A stretch of 64,000 nucleotides of DNA from an uncultured Candidatus Rokubacteria bacterium (GTDB lineage Bacteria; Methylomirabilota; Methylomirabilia; Rokubacteriales; CSP1-6), in assembly GCA_963762145.1 (NCBI GenBank), contig CAVXJS010000019.1:288001-352000 (forward strand), given 5' to 3'. The notes below the pieces were generated by a model that had not been told where the DNA came from, did no database searches, and was given only the letters and a program-made list of their open reading frames with translations. The position numbers and the translations under genes are program-made. Of this stretch, positions 41,218-51,512 are shown one piece after another. Numbering within the stretch: the first letter of the stretch is position 1; every line of letters begins with the position of its first letter.

Positions 41218-41909
41218 ATGGCCCAGCGCGTTCTGATCGTCGAGGACGAGCCCGATATCCGGGACCTGCTCGTCTTCCATCTCGAGCGCGACGGCTACCA
41301 GGTGGCCAAGGCCCGGAGCGGGTCGGACGCCCTGCGGCAGGCTCAGATGTCACCGCCGGATCTGGTGCTGCTCGACCTCATGCTGCCCGAGATGGACGGG
41401 CTCGAGGTCTGCCGCCGGCTGCGCCAGAACACGGTCACGCAGGGCATTCCCATCGTCATGCTCACGGCCCGGGGGGATGAGGTCGACCGGGTGCTCGGCC
41501 TCGAGATGGGCGCCGACGATTACGTGGTCAAGCCGTTCTCTCCCCGCGAGCTGATGGCGCGCGTTCGCGCGGTGCTCCGGCGCACCCGGCCGCACGCCGG
41601 GCACCGCGCCGCTCACGGTCGGCCGCCTCAGCATCGACCCCGCGGCCCACCTCGTGACGGTGGACAACGCGCCGGTCTCGCTCACCCGCCGCGAGTTCGA
41701 CCTGCTGCGGGCCCTGGTGGAAGCGCGGGGGCGGGTCCTGTCCGCGGGAATACCTGCTGGATCACGTGTGGGGCTACGCCGCCGCCGAGGAGATCGAGTC
41801 CCGCACCGTCGACGTGCACGTGCGCCGGCTGCGGCAGAAGCTCGGGGTGGAGGGGCAGCGCATCGGCACCGTGACCGGCGTGGGCTATCGCCTGGAGGGC
41901 GCGGACTGA
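41218..41909 (+). CDS. PhoB/PhoP-like OmpR-family response regulator (frameshifted)
   Basis: [37 protein letters not shown]; coupled to phoR. Confidence 0.88.
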
Positions 41910-43724
41910 TGCGGGCGCTGCTTCGCATCGTCCGGCGGAGCATCGCGCTCAAGCTGACGCTGACCCTGGTCGGGTTCGTGGCGGTCACCAGCCTGGTGGC
42001 GGGGGCCTATCTGACCCGGGCGCTGGAGAGCTTCGCGGTGGAGTCCCTGGAGACCCGGCTCGGCTCGGTGGCCGCCGTCGTCCACGATGAGGCCCGGGGG
42101 CTCCTCCGGACGGGCGCGTCCGCGGCCGCGGCCCAGGATCTGGCCGTCCGCGTGGCCCGGGCGACGGGCGCGCGCGTCACCCTCATCGCGCCGGACGGGC
42201 GCGTCCTCGCGGAGTCGGAGCGCGCGCTCGTCGACGTGGCGGGCGCTCGAGAGCCACGCGGAGCGGCCCGAGGTTCGCGACGGCCCTGGCGGGGCGCACG
42301 GGGCGCTCCCTGCGCCGCAGCGCCACCACCGAGGCGCCGCTCCTGTACGTGGCGGTGCCGGTGCGGGAGGAGCCCGCGTGCTCGGCGTCCTGCGCCTCGC
42401 CCTGCCGCTCTCCGCGGTGACCGCCTCCTACGCGACGCTGCACCAGGTGATGCTGGCGGGCGGCGCGGTCGCCCTGCTCGTCGCGCTCGGGATCGGCATC
42501 TTCGTGGCGGGACGGGTGACGCGGCCGGTGGTCGAGATGCAGTCCATCGCCCGCCAGATGAGCGAGGGCAGCTTCCTGGTCCGGGCGCCCACCCGCTCCA
42601 CCGACGAGATCGGCACCCTCGGTCGATCGCTCAACGTCATGGCGGGACGGTTGCGCGAGAAGATCCAGGACCTCGAGCAGGAGCAGGCCAAGATCACCGC
42701 GATGCTGGACGCGATGATCGAGGGGGTCATCGCGGTGGACGGCCACGAGCACGTCCTGCTCATGAACGAGCAGGCGCGGACGATGTTCGGCCTGGGCAGC
42801 TCGCGCGGCGAGGGCAAGCCGTTCCTCGAGGTCATCCGGAACGCGGACCTGCACGAGATCTTCCGCGCCGTGCACGCGGGCGGCGCGGGGCAGGCCCTCC
42901 GCCAGGAGATCGAGATGACGAGCCCCGCGTATCGCATCGTGGGGGTCAATGCGGTCGGGCTCTCTCCGGTCGCCGGTGAGCCGGGCGTGGTCATGGTGCT
43001 CCACGACCTGACCGCCCTCCGCCAGCTCGAGCGCGTTCGTACCGAGTTCGTGGCGAACGTGAGCCACGAGCTGCGGACCCCGCTGACCGCCATCCAGGGC
43101 TACCTGGAGACCTTGCTATCCGGCGCGCTCGAGGAGCCGGAGAACGCCCGGCGCTTCCTCGAGATCGTGCTCCGCCACAGCGAGCGGCTGGGGCGCCTGC
43201 TGAACGACCTGACCGATCTGTCGAACATCGAGCTCGGCAAGGTGACGCTCCGCAAGGAGCCGGTGCGGCTCGACGAGCTGGTGGCGTCGGTGGTGGCGAT
43301 CATCGGGCCGCGCGCGGCCCGCTCGCGGGTGACGGTGAGCGCGGACACCCCCGCCGAGCTGCCCGAGGTGGCCGCCGACCGGGATCGGCTCGTGCAGGTC
43401 CTCATCAACCTGGTGGACAACGCGGTGAAGTACACGCCCGAGGGCGGCGCGGTCACGGTGACCGCGCGCGCCGTCGGCGACGCGGCGGTGGAGATCGCGG
43501 TGGCCGACACCGGCATCGGGATCCCCGCGGCCGATCTGCCCCGCATCACGGAACGGTTCTATCGCGTCGACAAGGCGCGCTCGCGCGAGCTGGGCGGGAC
43601 CGGCCTGGGCCTCGCGATCGTGAAGCACCTCGTCCTGGCCCACGGGGGCGAGCTGCGCATCGAGAGCCTGGAGCAGCAGGGCACCACCGTCCGCTTCACG
43701 CTTCCGATCCGCCCCGCCACCTAG
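41909..43724 (+). CDS. phoR: Phosphate-regulon sensor kinase (HAMP-PAS-HisKA-HATPase), frameshifted
   Basis: [57 protein letters not shown]. Confidence 0.88.
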
Positions 43725-43726
43725 TC

Positions 43727-43888
43727 CCGCCGCGCGGCTCCCGACCGCTCGGCATCCTGACCGCGGAGCGGGGCGCGCCGCTCTTCCCGCTGGATCCCGA
43801 CGGGTATGACGGCGAGCCCATCGCCTTTCTCGCCGGCGATCCGATCGCGCACGACGAGAGCCTGCGCGAGGTGCTGGAAGTCGGCTGA
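43727..43888 (+). pseudogene. Orphan C-terminal gene fragment, possibly inositol-monophosphatase family
   Basis: Start-less open frame [45 protein letters not shown]-stop with coding-like codon use. Confidence 0.45.
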
Positions 43889-43895
43889 AGTCGGG

Positions 43896-45974
43896 CTAGG
43901 CGCGGCCCTCCGCGGCGACCAGGGCGTAGAGACGGTCCTGGGAGCGGACGGGGGGCGTATCGAGGGCCCGAACGCGGGTCGAGCTGCCGTCGAGGAGGAT
44001 CTCGCGTGCCTTCACGGTATCGCTGAGCTGCAGCTCGAGCACCTCGAGGATCTGGGCCTGCAGTCGTGCGTCCAGCACGGGGAAGGCGATCTCGACACGA
44101 TGGTCGAGGTTGCGGGGCATCCAGTCGGCAGAGGCCAGCCAGTACTCGGGTGCGCCGCCATTCTGGAAGTAGAAGACCCGGGCGTGCTCGAGGTAACGGT
44201 CCACGATCGAGATGACCCGGATGCGATCCGACAGGCCCGGGATTCCCGGGCGGAGACAGCAGATGCCGCGCACGATCAGGTCGATCGTGACGCCGGCCTG
44301 GCTGGCCAGGTAGAGCTCCTCGATCAAGGTGCGGTCCACCAAGCCGTTCATCTTGGCCACGATGCGCGCGGGCCGGCCGCGCCGGGCGTGCTCCGCTTCG
44401 CGGCGGATGCAATCGCGGAAGCCGTCGCGCAGGCCGGTGGGCGCCACCAGCAGGTGCCGGAAGCGGCGCGGGCGCGTGTAGCCGGTCAGCATGTTGAAGA
44501 GCTCGGTCACGTCCTCGCCGAAGGACTCCCGGCAGGTGAAGAGACCGAAGTCCCCGTAGATACCGCCGGTGCGGGCGTTGTAGTTGCCGGTCGCCAGATG
44601 GCAATAGCGCCGGATCCCGTCGGGTTCCTGGCGGACGACGAGGCAGGCCTTGCAGTGGGTCTTGTAGCCGGGCAGCCCGTAGACGACGTGCGCGCCGACT
44701 TCCTCGAGCGCGCGCGCCCAGCGGATGTTCGCCTCCTCGTCGAAGCGCGCCTGCAGCTCGACGAGGACCGCGACCTCCTTGCCGTTCTCGGCGGCCAGGG
44801 TGAGGGCGTGCGCGATCGGCGAGGTCGGGCTCACCCGGTAGAGCGTCATCTTGATGGCGAGCACCCGGGGATCCACCGCGGCCTCGCTCACGAAGCGGGT
44901 CACCGCGTCGAACGAATGGTAGGGGTGGTGGGCGAGTACGTCGCCGTTGCGGATCGCGCTCCAGACGTCGGAGGAGCCGTCGAAGGCCGGGAGCGGGCGC
45001 GGGGGCATCGGCGGGTCCTTGAGGCGCGGCACATCCAGCGCGGCGTAGAGCTGGAAGAGATCCGAGAACGCGGTGAACCCGGCGCCCGCGTAGAGATCGT
45101 CGGGGGCGAGCTCGAGCTCGTCCACCAGCATGGCCAGCAGCTCCGTGGGCAGGTCGGAATCGTACTGCAGGCGCACCGCATCGCCCATGCGCCGATCCCG
45201 GACGCCGGCCTCCACGCTGGTGAGCAGATCCACCGCGCGCTTGCGATCGAGCGCGAGGTCCGCGTCCCGGGTCACGCGGATGGCGTGGCAGGACAGCACC
45301 TCGTACCCGTTGTAGAGCGCGTGGAGCTGAAGCCGGATGACATCTTCGAGCAGCATGAACACGTGCTGGCCCGCAGGCCCGGGGAGGGGCACGAAGCGCG
45401 GCACGACCTGGCTGGGGATGTGGACCACCGTGAGTGAGGTATGGGGCAGCGCGCTGGGGGTCGCCGCCCGGACCGTGACGACCAGGCAGAGTGACCGGTT
45501 GCCCAGATGAGGGAACGGGTGGCCCGGGTCGATGGCCAGCGGGGTCAGGACCGGCATCAGTGTCCGCTGGAAGTACCCGTCGAGGAAGCGCTCCTGGTCC
45601 GGGGTCACTTCCTTGGGACGGACGAGCCGGATCCCTTCCGAGGCCAGAATCGGCCCCAGGTCCTCGAGGAAGCAGCGGTGCTGGGCGTCCACCAGGCGGT
45701 GGACCTTGTCCGAGATCGCGGCCAGGGTCTCAGCGGGGGACAGACCATCCGGTCCCGTGGTGGGATCCCCGGCGCGGATGCGGCGCTTCAGCTCGGCGAC
45801 CCTGACCATGAAGAATTCGTCGAGGTTCGAGCTGAAAATAGCCAGGAACTTTACCCGTTCTAGCAGAGGGACCGAGGAGTCCTGGGCCTCTTCGAGAACA
45901 CGCCGGTTGAACTCCAGCCAGGAGATCTCGCGGTTCACGAAGACGTCCGACGGCAGGGCGATCCGGTCCGGCAT
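43896..45974 (-). CDS. ppk1: Polyphosphate kinase 1
   Basis: NREISWLEFNRRVL, SNLDEFFMVRVA, HHPYHSF, ELQARFDE, KTHCK, TGNYN, SADWMPRN. Confidence 0.97.
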   Translation of the reverse strand: MPDRIALPSDVFVNREISWLEFNRRVLEEAQDSSVPLLERVKFLAIFSSNLDEFFMVRVAELKRRIRAGDPTTGPDGLSPAETLAAISDKVHRLVDAQHRCFLEDLGPILASEGIRLVRPKEVTPDQERFLDGYFQRTLMPVLTPLAIDPGHPFPHLGNRSLCLVVTVRAATPSALPHTSLTVVHIPSQVVPRFVPLPGPAGQHVFMLLEDVIRLQLHALYNGYEVLSCHAIRVTRDADLALDRKRAVDLLTSVEAGVRDRRMGDAVRLQYDSDLPTELLAMLVDELELAPDDLYAGAGFTAFSDLFQLYAALDVPRLKDPPMPPRPLPAFDGSSDVWSAIRNGDVLAHHPYHSFDAVTRFVSEAAVDPRVLAIKMTLYRVSPTSPIAHALTLAAENGKEVAVLVELQARFDEEANIRWARALEEVGAHVVYGLPGYKTHCKACLVVRQEPDGIRRYCHLATGNYNARTGGIYGDFGLFTCRESFGEDVTELFNMLTGYTRPRRFRHLLVAPTGLRDGFRDCIRREAEHARRGRPARIVAKMNGLVDRTLIEELYLASQAGVTIDLIVRGICCLRPGIPGLSDRIRVISIVDRYLEHARVFYFQNGGAPEYWLASADWMPRNLDHRVEIAFPVLDARLQAQILEVLELQLSDTVKAREILLDGSSTRVRALDTPPVRSQDRLYALVAAEGRA

Positions 45975-45981
45975 GGGCGCC

Positions 45982-46039
45982 AGTCTCCGAGAGGCGGGTC
46001 AGGAGGTCAAATCACAGAATTGTTACGTTCCGTTGAAGC
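45982..46039 (-). promoter_or_regulatory. ppk1 promoter with Pho box
   Basis: Minus strand 11-bp-spaced GCTTCAA/ACGTAAC/CTGTGAT directly upstream of TTGACC-N17-GAGACT, 7 nt before the ATG. Confidence 0.65.
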
Positions 46040-46086
46040 TATCGGTTCAGCCAATTCAAGCCCCATCGCTCATCGGGAAGTCGGAT

Positions 46087-46114
46087 TTGACGCTTCCCGT
46101 CGAGGCTGTACGAT
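46087..46114 (+). promoter_or_regulatory. Putative sigma70 promoter for the transglutaminase-like gene
   Basis: TTGACG-N16-TACGAT. Confidence 0.45.
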
Positions 46115-46160
46115 GTGCCCGAATCATACAGCCGATCCAGCCTGAACGGGAGACCCACAC

Positions 46161-47255
46161 ATGAAGCGACGGGAGTTCCTCAAGAACGGGATCGCGGTCG
46201 GGGCGGCCGCCGCGGTGGGTGGCCTGCCGCGCATCGGAGCGGCGTCCACCGGCTCGGACGGAGCCAAGTGGCGCACGTTCGAGGTGCTGACCCGCGTGGA
46301 AGTCGCCAATCCGACCGGACCCACGCGCGTCTGGCTTCCGATGCCGCTCGCGGCGGACACGGACTACCAGAAGAGTCTCGGACAGAGCTGGACGGGCAAT
46401 GCCGGCTCCGCCCGCGTGTATCGCGACGACAAGTACGGGGCGGCCATCTTCTACGCGGAGTGGCCGGCGGGTGAGACCGCGCCGGTCGTGGAGGTCACGA
46501 CCCGGTACGCCGCCCGCGATCGGCTGGTCGACGTGACGAAGCCGGGCATGAATCCGTCGCCCGAGGATCGGGTCATGCTCAACCGGTACCGCGAGTCCAC
46601 CAAGCTGGTCCGGACCGACGGGATCGTGAAGAAGACCTCGCAGCAGATCACCAAGGGCGCGGACAAGGACGTGGACAAGGCGCGCGCCATCTACGAGTGG
46701 ATCGTGGACAACACGTTTCGTGACCCCAAGGTTCGGGGCTGCGGCGTGGGGGACATCCGCGCGATGCTCGAGACCGGCAACCTGGGGGGCAAGTGCGCAG
46801 ACCTCAACGCGCTCTTCGTGGGCCTCGCGCGGGCCGCGGGCATCCCGGCCCGTGACGTCTACGGCGTGCGCACCGCGGACTCCGCCGAGTTCAAGAGCCT
46901 GGGCAAGTCCGGCGACATCACCAAGGCGCAGCACTGCCGCGCGGAGTTCTACCTCGCCAGCCACGGCTGGGTGCCGGTGGACCCGGCCGACGTCCGGAAG
47001 GTCGTGCTGGAGGAGCGGGGCGGCATCCCGCTCGGCGATCCGACCACCCTGAAGGCGCGGGCCAAGCTCTTCGGGCAGTGGGAGATGAACTGGCTCGCGT
47101 ACAACTACGCGCACGACGTCAAGCTGCTGAACTCGCGGGACGACGCGGTCGCCTACTTCATGTATCCGCAGGCGGAGACGACCGAGGCACGCAAGGACAG
47201 CCTGGATCCGGACAGCTTCAAGTACAAGCTGACCACGCGCGAGATCGGTATCTAG
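46161..47255 (+). CDS. Tat-exported transglutaminase-like (Cys-His-Asp) protein
   Basis: KRREFLK Tat motif; GGKCADLN, AQHCRAEFY, GWVPVDPAD. Confidence 0.88.
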   Translation: MKRREFLKNGIAVGAAAAVGGLPRIGAASTGSDGAKWRTFEVLTRVEVANPTGPTRVWLPMPLAADTDYQKSLGQSWTGNAGSARVYRDDKYGAAIFYAEWPAGETAPVVEVTTRYAARDRLVDVTKPGMNPSPEDRVMLNRYRESTKLVRTDGIVKKTSQQITKGADKDVDKARAIYEWIVDNTFRDPKVRGCGVGDIRAMLETGNLGGKCADLNALFVGLARAAGIPARDVYGVRTADSAEFKSLGKSGDITKAQHCRAEFYLASHGWVPVDPADVRKVVLEERGGIPLGDPTTLKARAKLFGQWEMNWLAYNYAHDVKLLNSRDDAVAYFMYPQAETTEARKDSLDPDSFKYKLTTREIGI

Positions 47256-47284
47256 CTCGCACGCCCGCTCGCTTCTCGGCACCT

Positions 47285-47319
47285 GACGCCCCCGCGTTCC
47301 GGCGGGGGCGTCGTGCTTC
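47285..47319 (+). terminator. Hairpin downstream of the transglutaminase-like gene
   Basis: GACGCCCCCGC-N6-GCGGGGGCGTC, weak T tail. Confidence 0.5.
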
Positions 47320-47330
47320 TGCCGCCTGCG

Positions 47331-47386
47331 CGTTCACCCACCATTTACTCCGGCGTCATCATCGCGTAACCCCGCCCGCGCACACT
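47331..47386 (+). promoter_or_regulatory. Pho boxes upstream of the second phoB
   Basis: CGTTCAC/CATTTAC/GCGTCAT/GCGTAAC at exact 11-bp spacing (47331, 47342, 47353, 47364), 10 nt before -10-like CACACT. Confidence 0.75.
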
Positions 47387-47392
47387 CCGCCC

Positions 47393-48187
47393 ATGACACG
47401 AACGAGCGTGGGGGTGGAGCCGATGGTGAGCGGTAGCCGGCGGGGAGGTCCCGAGAAGCCGACCGTGCCTCGTGGGCCGCGGGTGCTGGTGGTGGAGGAC
47501 GAGGCGGACGTGGCGGAGATGATCCGCTACAACCTCGGCAAGGAAGGCTATGACGTCCGGCTCGCCGCCAACGGGACGGATGCCCTCCGACTGGTGAAGG
47601 ACGCGAAGCCGGACGTGATCCTGCTGGACATCATGGTGCCGCAGCTCAACGGATGGGAGATCTGCCGTCGGCTCAAGCAGGATCGGGAGACCGTCGCCAT
47701 CCCGGTGATCATGGTGAGCGGGCGGGTGGAAGAAGGCGACAAGGTGCTGGGCTTCGAGATGGGCGCCGACGACTACGTGACGAAGCCCTTCTCGCCGCGG
47801 GAGCTGCTGGCTCGCGTGCGGGCGGTGACCCGGCGCGGACGGCCGACGGACCTGGATGGCAGCCAGGTGCTCCGCGCCGGTGACCTGGAGATCGACCGGC
47901 AGCGCTTCGAGGTCAAGATGAAGGGGCGCCTGGTGGAGCTGACCCGCAAGGAGTTCGACCTGCTCGCCACCCTGATCCGCACGCCGGGACGGGTATTTGG
48001 CCGGGAGGAGCTGCTGGATCTCGTCTGGGGCCAGGACGGCTTCGTCGAGCCCCGGACGGTGGACGTGCACGTGGCCCGGCTGCGCGCGAAGTTCACGGCG
48101 GCGCGGGCCCCGATGCCCGCGATCGAGACGGTCCGGGGCGTGGGGTACCGGTTCCGGGATTCCGGGGGGACCGTAACAGAACCGTAA
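47393..48187 (+). CDS. phoB: PhoB-like response regulator heading the pst operon
   Basis: [45 protein letters not shown]. Confidence 0.85.
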   Translation: MTRTSVGVEPMVSGSRRGGPEKPTVPRGPRVLVVEDEADVAEMIRYNLGKEGYDVRLAANGTDALRLVKDAKPDVILLDIMVPQLNGWEICRRLKQDRETVAIPVIMVSGRVEEGDKVLGFEMGADDYVTKPFSPRELLARVRAVTRRGRPTDLDGSQVLRAGDLEIDRQRFEVKMKGRLVELTRKEFDLLATLIRTPGRVFGREELLDLVWGQDGFVEPRTVDVHVARLRAKFTAARAPMPAIETVRGVGYRFRDSGGTVTEP

Positions 48188-48210
48188 CGGGTCGGTTACC
48201 GTCCCGCAAC
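48171..48210 (+). promoter_or_regulatory. Pho boxes for pstS overlapping the phoB 3' end
   Basis: CCGTAAC/CCGTAAC/CGGTTAC/CCGCAAC at exact 11-bp spacing. Confidence 0.8.
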
Positions 48211-48251
48211 AGGAACAGGGGACCCTAAAACCAACAAGAGGAGAGAACAAG

Positions 48252-49220
48252 ATGAAGAGGGTGATCGCAGCGCTGGCCATTGTCGGAGTGACCACGGCCG
48301 TCGGGTTCGCGGCGGGGCCGCCCAAGCTGGACCCGGGCCTGGCCGGGTACAAGGCCGTAAGCGGCGTCAGCGGCAACGTCTCCAGCATCGGCTCGGACAC
48401 GCTGAACAACCTGATGACGCTCTGGGCGGAAGGGTTCAACAAGTTCTACCCGAACGCGAAGATCCAGATCGAAGGCAAGGGCTCGTCCACCGCGCCTCCG
48501 GCCCTCATCTCCGGCACCGCCCAGCTCGGGCCCATGTCGCGCGAGATGAAGGGGACCGAGATCGATGCCTTCGAGAAGAAGTACGGCTACAAGCCCACCG
48601 CGATCCGGAGCTCGGTCGACGCCCTCGCGGTCTTCGTCAACAAGGACAACCCGATCAAGTGCATGACCATGAGTCAGGTGGATGCGGTGTTCTCGAAGTC
48701 GCGCCGCGCGGGCTACAAGGAAGACGTGAAGACGTGGGGGCAGCTCGGCCTCACCGGCGAATGGGCCACCAAGCCGATCAGCCTCTACGGACGCAACTCG
48801 GCCTCGGGGACCTACGGCTTCTTCAAGGAGCACTCGCTCAAGAACGGAGACTTCAAGGACGAGGTCAAGGAGCAGCCGGGCTCGGCGTCGGTGGTGCAGG
48901 GCGTGACGGTGGACCGCTTCGCCATGGGGTACAGCGGCATCGGCTACGCGACGGCCGGGGTGCGGGCGGTCCCGCTCGCGGCGAAGGAAGGGGCGAAGTG
49001 CTACGAAGCCGACCCCGAGAATGCCTACGCGGGCACGTATCCCCTCTCGCGATTCCTGTTCGTCTACGTCAACCGGGCGCCCGGGAAGGCGCTCGATCCG
49101 CTCACCCGCGAGTTCGTGAAGCTGGTCCTGTCCAAGGAGGGCCAAGAAGTGGTCATCAAGGACGGCTACTTCCCGATTCCCGCGACGATCGCCAAGGAAG
49201 AGCTGAACAAGGTCCAGTAG
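48252..49220 (+). CDS. pstS: Phosphate ABC substrate-binding protein
   Basis: [41 protein letters not shown]. Confidence 0.95.
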   Translation: MKRVIAALAIVGVTTAVGFAAGPPKLDPGLAGYKAVSGVSGNVSSIGSDTLNNLMTLWAEGFNKFYPNAKIQIEGKGSSTAPPALISGTAQLGPMSREMKGTEIDAFEKKYGYKPTAIRSSVDALAVFVNKDNPIKCMTMSQVDAVFSKSRRAGYKEDVKTWGQLGLTGEWATKPISLYGRNSASGTYGFFKEHSLKNGDFKDEVKEQPGSASVVQGVTVDRFAMGYSGIGYATAGVRAVPLAAKEGAKCYEADPENAYAGTYPLSRFLFVYVNRAPGKALDPLTREFVKLVLSKEGQEVVIKDGYFPIPATIAKEELNKVQ

Positions 49221-51512
49221 GTGGCGATCAGTCCGGAGGCGCTTCGCGCGGGCGGGCCGGCGGCACCGGCCCGCCCGCTGGACGTCTCCCCGGTCCGCAC
49301 GGCCCGCCGGATCCTGGCGGACCGCTGGGCGTCGCGCCTGGTCGTGGTCGGCGGCATCGTCATCATCGCGTGCATCCTCGCGATCCTCTTCGTCATCGCC
49401 GCCGAGGTGTATCCGCTGTTCAAGGTCCCGACCGCCGACCCGATCGGTTCCCCGACGGCCGCCGCGGCCGGGGGCGCGGTCGCGGCCGGCCCGCTGGGCG
49501 TCGACGAGTATCGAGAGGTCGCCACCCAGGTGATCTCGGGGGGCGTGCTGCAGATTACCGACCTCAAGCGAGGCCGCGTCCTCGCGGCCGTGCCGATCCA
49601 GGGACTCGAGGGCGCGATGGTGACCCGGGTCACCGACACCGGGGCCGGCAAGTACCTGGTGGGAACCTCCAGGTACCTGATCGGCACCTCCGATGGCCGG
49701 GTCATCCCGCTCGAGACCAAGTTCGACGTGACCTTCACGGACGGCAAACGCGAGGTCGTGGCCCAGCCCACGTTCGGAGCCCCGTCGCAGCTCGACCCGG
49801 AGGGGAAGCGGCCGATCCTGGACATGGCGAGCACCACGGCCGATTCCGGGCCCGTCACGGTGGCGCGGGTCGGTCCCGCCGAGATGGTCGTCCAGACCGT
49901 GATCGAGACCAAAGCGCTCGTGGGCGGGAGCCGACGCGAGGAATCGCTGGCCGCGCTCCCGCTGTCGATCGAGGGCGAGGTCACCGCGCTGGCCCTGGAT
50001 CGTCGGGCCGAGGATCTGTTCATCGGCACCTCCCGCGGGCAGGTGGTGCGGTACGACCTCCGCGAGAAGGCGAGCCCCACGGTGGCCGAGGCCGTCACCG
50101 TGAGTCCCGGGGTGGCCGTGACCGCGCTGACATTCTTGCTGGGGGACCGCACGCTGGTGGTGGGCGATCACGCGGGTGGCGTGTCCTCGTGGCAGGTGCT
50201 GTGGCCCCAGGGCCGCCTCACGCGCATCTACCAGTTCCAGGGCCATCCGGGGCCGGTGATCGCGATCAGCGGATCGGGCCGCGACAAGGGCTTCGTCACG
50301 GCGGACGCCGCGGGCGGCCTTCATCTCCACTACGGCACCTCCGGCAAGACCCTGCTCTCGATGCGCGCCGGGGGTGGCGCGATCCAGTCCGTCGTGTTCG
50401 CCCCGAAGGCCGACGCGGTGCTCATCGCCGACCCGCGGGGCTCGATCTCCCAGTGGAAGGTGAACAATCCCCACCCCGAGATCACCCTCCGGACGGTGTT
50501 CGGGAAGGTGTGGTACGAGGGCTACAACGAGCCCGCCTACGTCTGGCAGTCCACCGGCGGCACCGACGACTTCGAGGCCAAGTTCAGCCTGACGCCCCTG
50601 ATCTACGGCACGCTCAAGGGGACCGTCTACGCCCTGCTGATCGCCATCCCCCTGGCGCTGCTGGCCGCGGTGTACGTCAGCGAGTTCATGCATCCGACCC
50701 TGAAGGCCTACATCAAGCCGGTGGTCGAGATCATGGCGGCGCTGCCGAGCGTCGTGCTGGGCTTCCTGGCCGGGCTCTGGCTGGCCCCGATGGTGGAGAA
50801 GGTGGTTCCGGGCCTCTTCCTGATGCCGCTCGTTCAGGCGGTCTTCATCGTAGGTGCACTCCTGCTGTACCGTCTGCTTCCGGCGGGAGTCCGCTCACGC
50901 TTCCGGCCGGGGAGCGAGGTGCTCCTGCTGCTCCCGGTCGTGGTCCTGGGGATGTGGGTGTCGTTTCACCTCGGCGGCGCGGTCGAGTGGGCCCTCTTGG
51001 ACGGCAACTACCGGGGCTGGCTGCTGTCGGCCCTGGGCCTCACGTACGACCAGCGAAACTCCCTCGTGGTGGGCATCGCGATGGGGTTCGCGGTGATCCC
51101 GATCATCTTCACGATCGCCGAGGACTCGCTGTCCAATGTGCCCCAGCACCTGCGGGCCGGTTCGCTGGCCCTGGGCGCCAACCGCTGGCAGACCGCGTTG
51201 CGGATCGTGCTGCCGACCGCCAGCCCGGGCATCTTCTCGGCCATCATGATCGGCTTCGGACGGGCGGTGGGCGAGACCATGATCGTGCTGATGGCGACCG
51301 GCAACACCCCGGTCATGGACCTGAGCATCTTCAACGGGTTCCGGGCGCTCTCGGCCAACATCGCGGTGGAGCTGCCGGAGGCGCCGGAGCAGGGCACGCT
51401 CTTCCGCGTGCTCTTCCTGGCCGCGTTCCTGCTGTTCTGCCTGACCTTCGTCGTGAACACCGTGGCCGAGCTGGTCCGGCTCAAGCTCCGGCGAAAGTAC
51501 CAGTACCTATGA
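49221..51512 (+). CDS. pstC: Phosphate ABC permease with large periplasmic beta-propeller-like insertion
   Basis: KVWYEGY..WQS, PSVVLGF, GFGRAVGETMIVLMATGN. Confidence 0.92.
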   Translation: MAISPEALRAGGPAAPARPLDVSPVRTARRILADRWASRLVVVGGIVIIACILAILFVIAAEVYPLFKVPTADPIGSPTAAAAGGAVAAGPLGVDEYREVATQVISGGVLQITDLKRGRVLAAVPIQGLEGAMVTRVTDTGAGKYLVGTSRYLIGTSDGRVIPLETKFDVTFTDGKREVVAQPTFGAPSQLDPEGKRPILDMASTTADSGPVTVARVGPAEMVVQTVIETKALVGGSRREESLAALPLSIEGEVTALALDRRAEDLFIGTSRGQVVRYDLREKASPTVAEAVTVSPGVAVTALTFLLGDRTLVVGDHAGGVSSWQVLWPQGRLTRIYQFQGHPGPVIAISGSGRDKGFVTADAAGGLHLHYGTSGKTLLSMRAGGGAIQSVVFAPKADAVLIADPRGSISQWKVNNPHPEITLRTVFGKVWYEGYNEPAYVWQSTGGTDDFEAKFSLTPLIYGTLKGTVYALLIAIPLALLAAVYVSEFMHPTLKAYIKPVVEIMAALPSVVLGFLAGLWLAPMVEKVVPGLFLMPLVQAVFIVGALLLYRLLPAGVRSRFRPGSEVLLLLPVVVLGMWVSFHLGGAVEWALLDGNYRGWLLSALGLTYDQRNSLVVGIAMGFAVIPIIFTIAEDSLSNVPQHLRAGSLALGANRWQTALRIVLPTASPGIFSAIMIGFGRAVGETMIVLMATGNTPVMDLSIFNGFRALSANIAVELPEAPEQGTLFRVLFLAAFLLFCLTFVVNTVAELVRLKLRRKYQYL

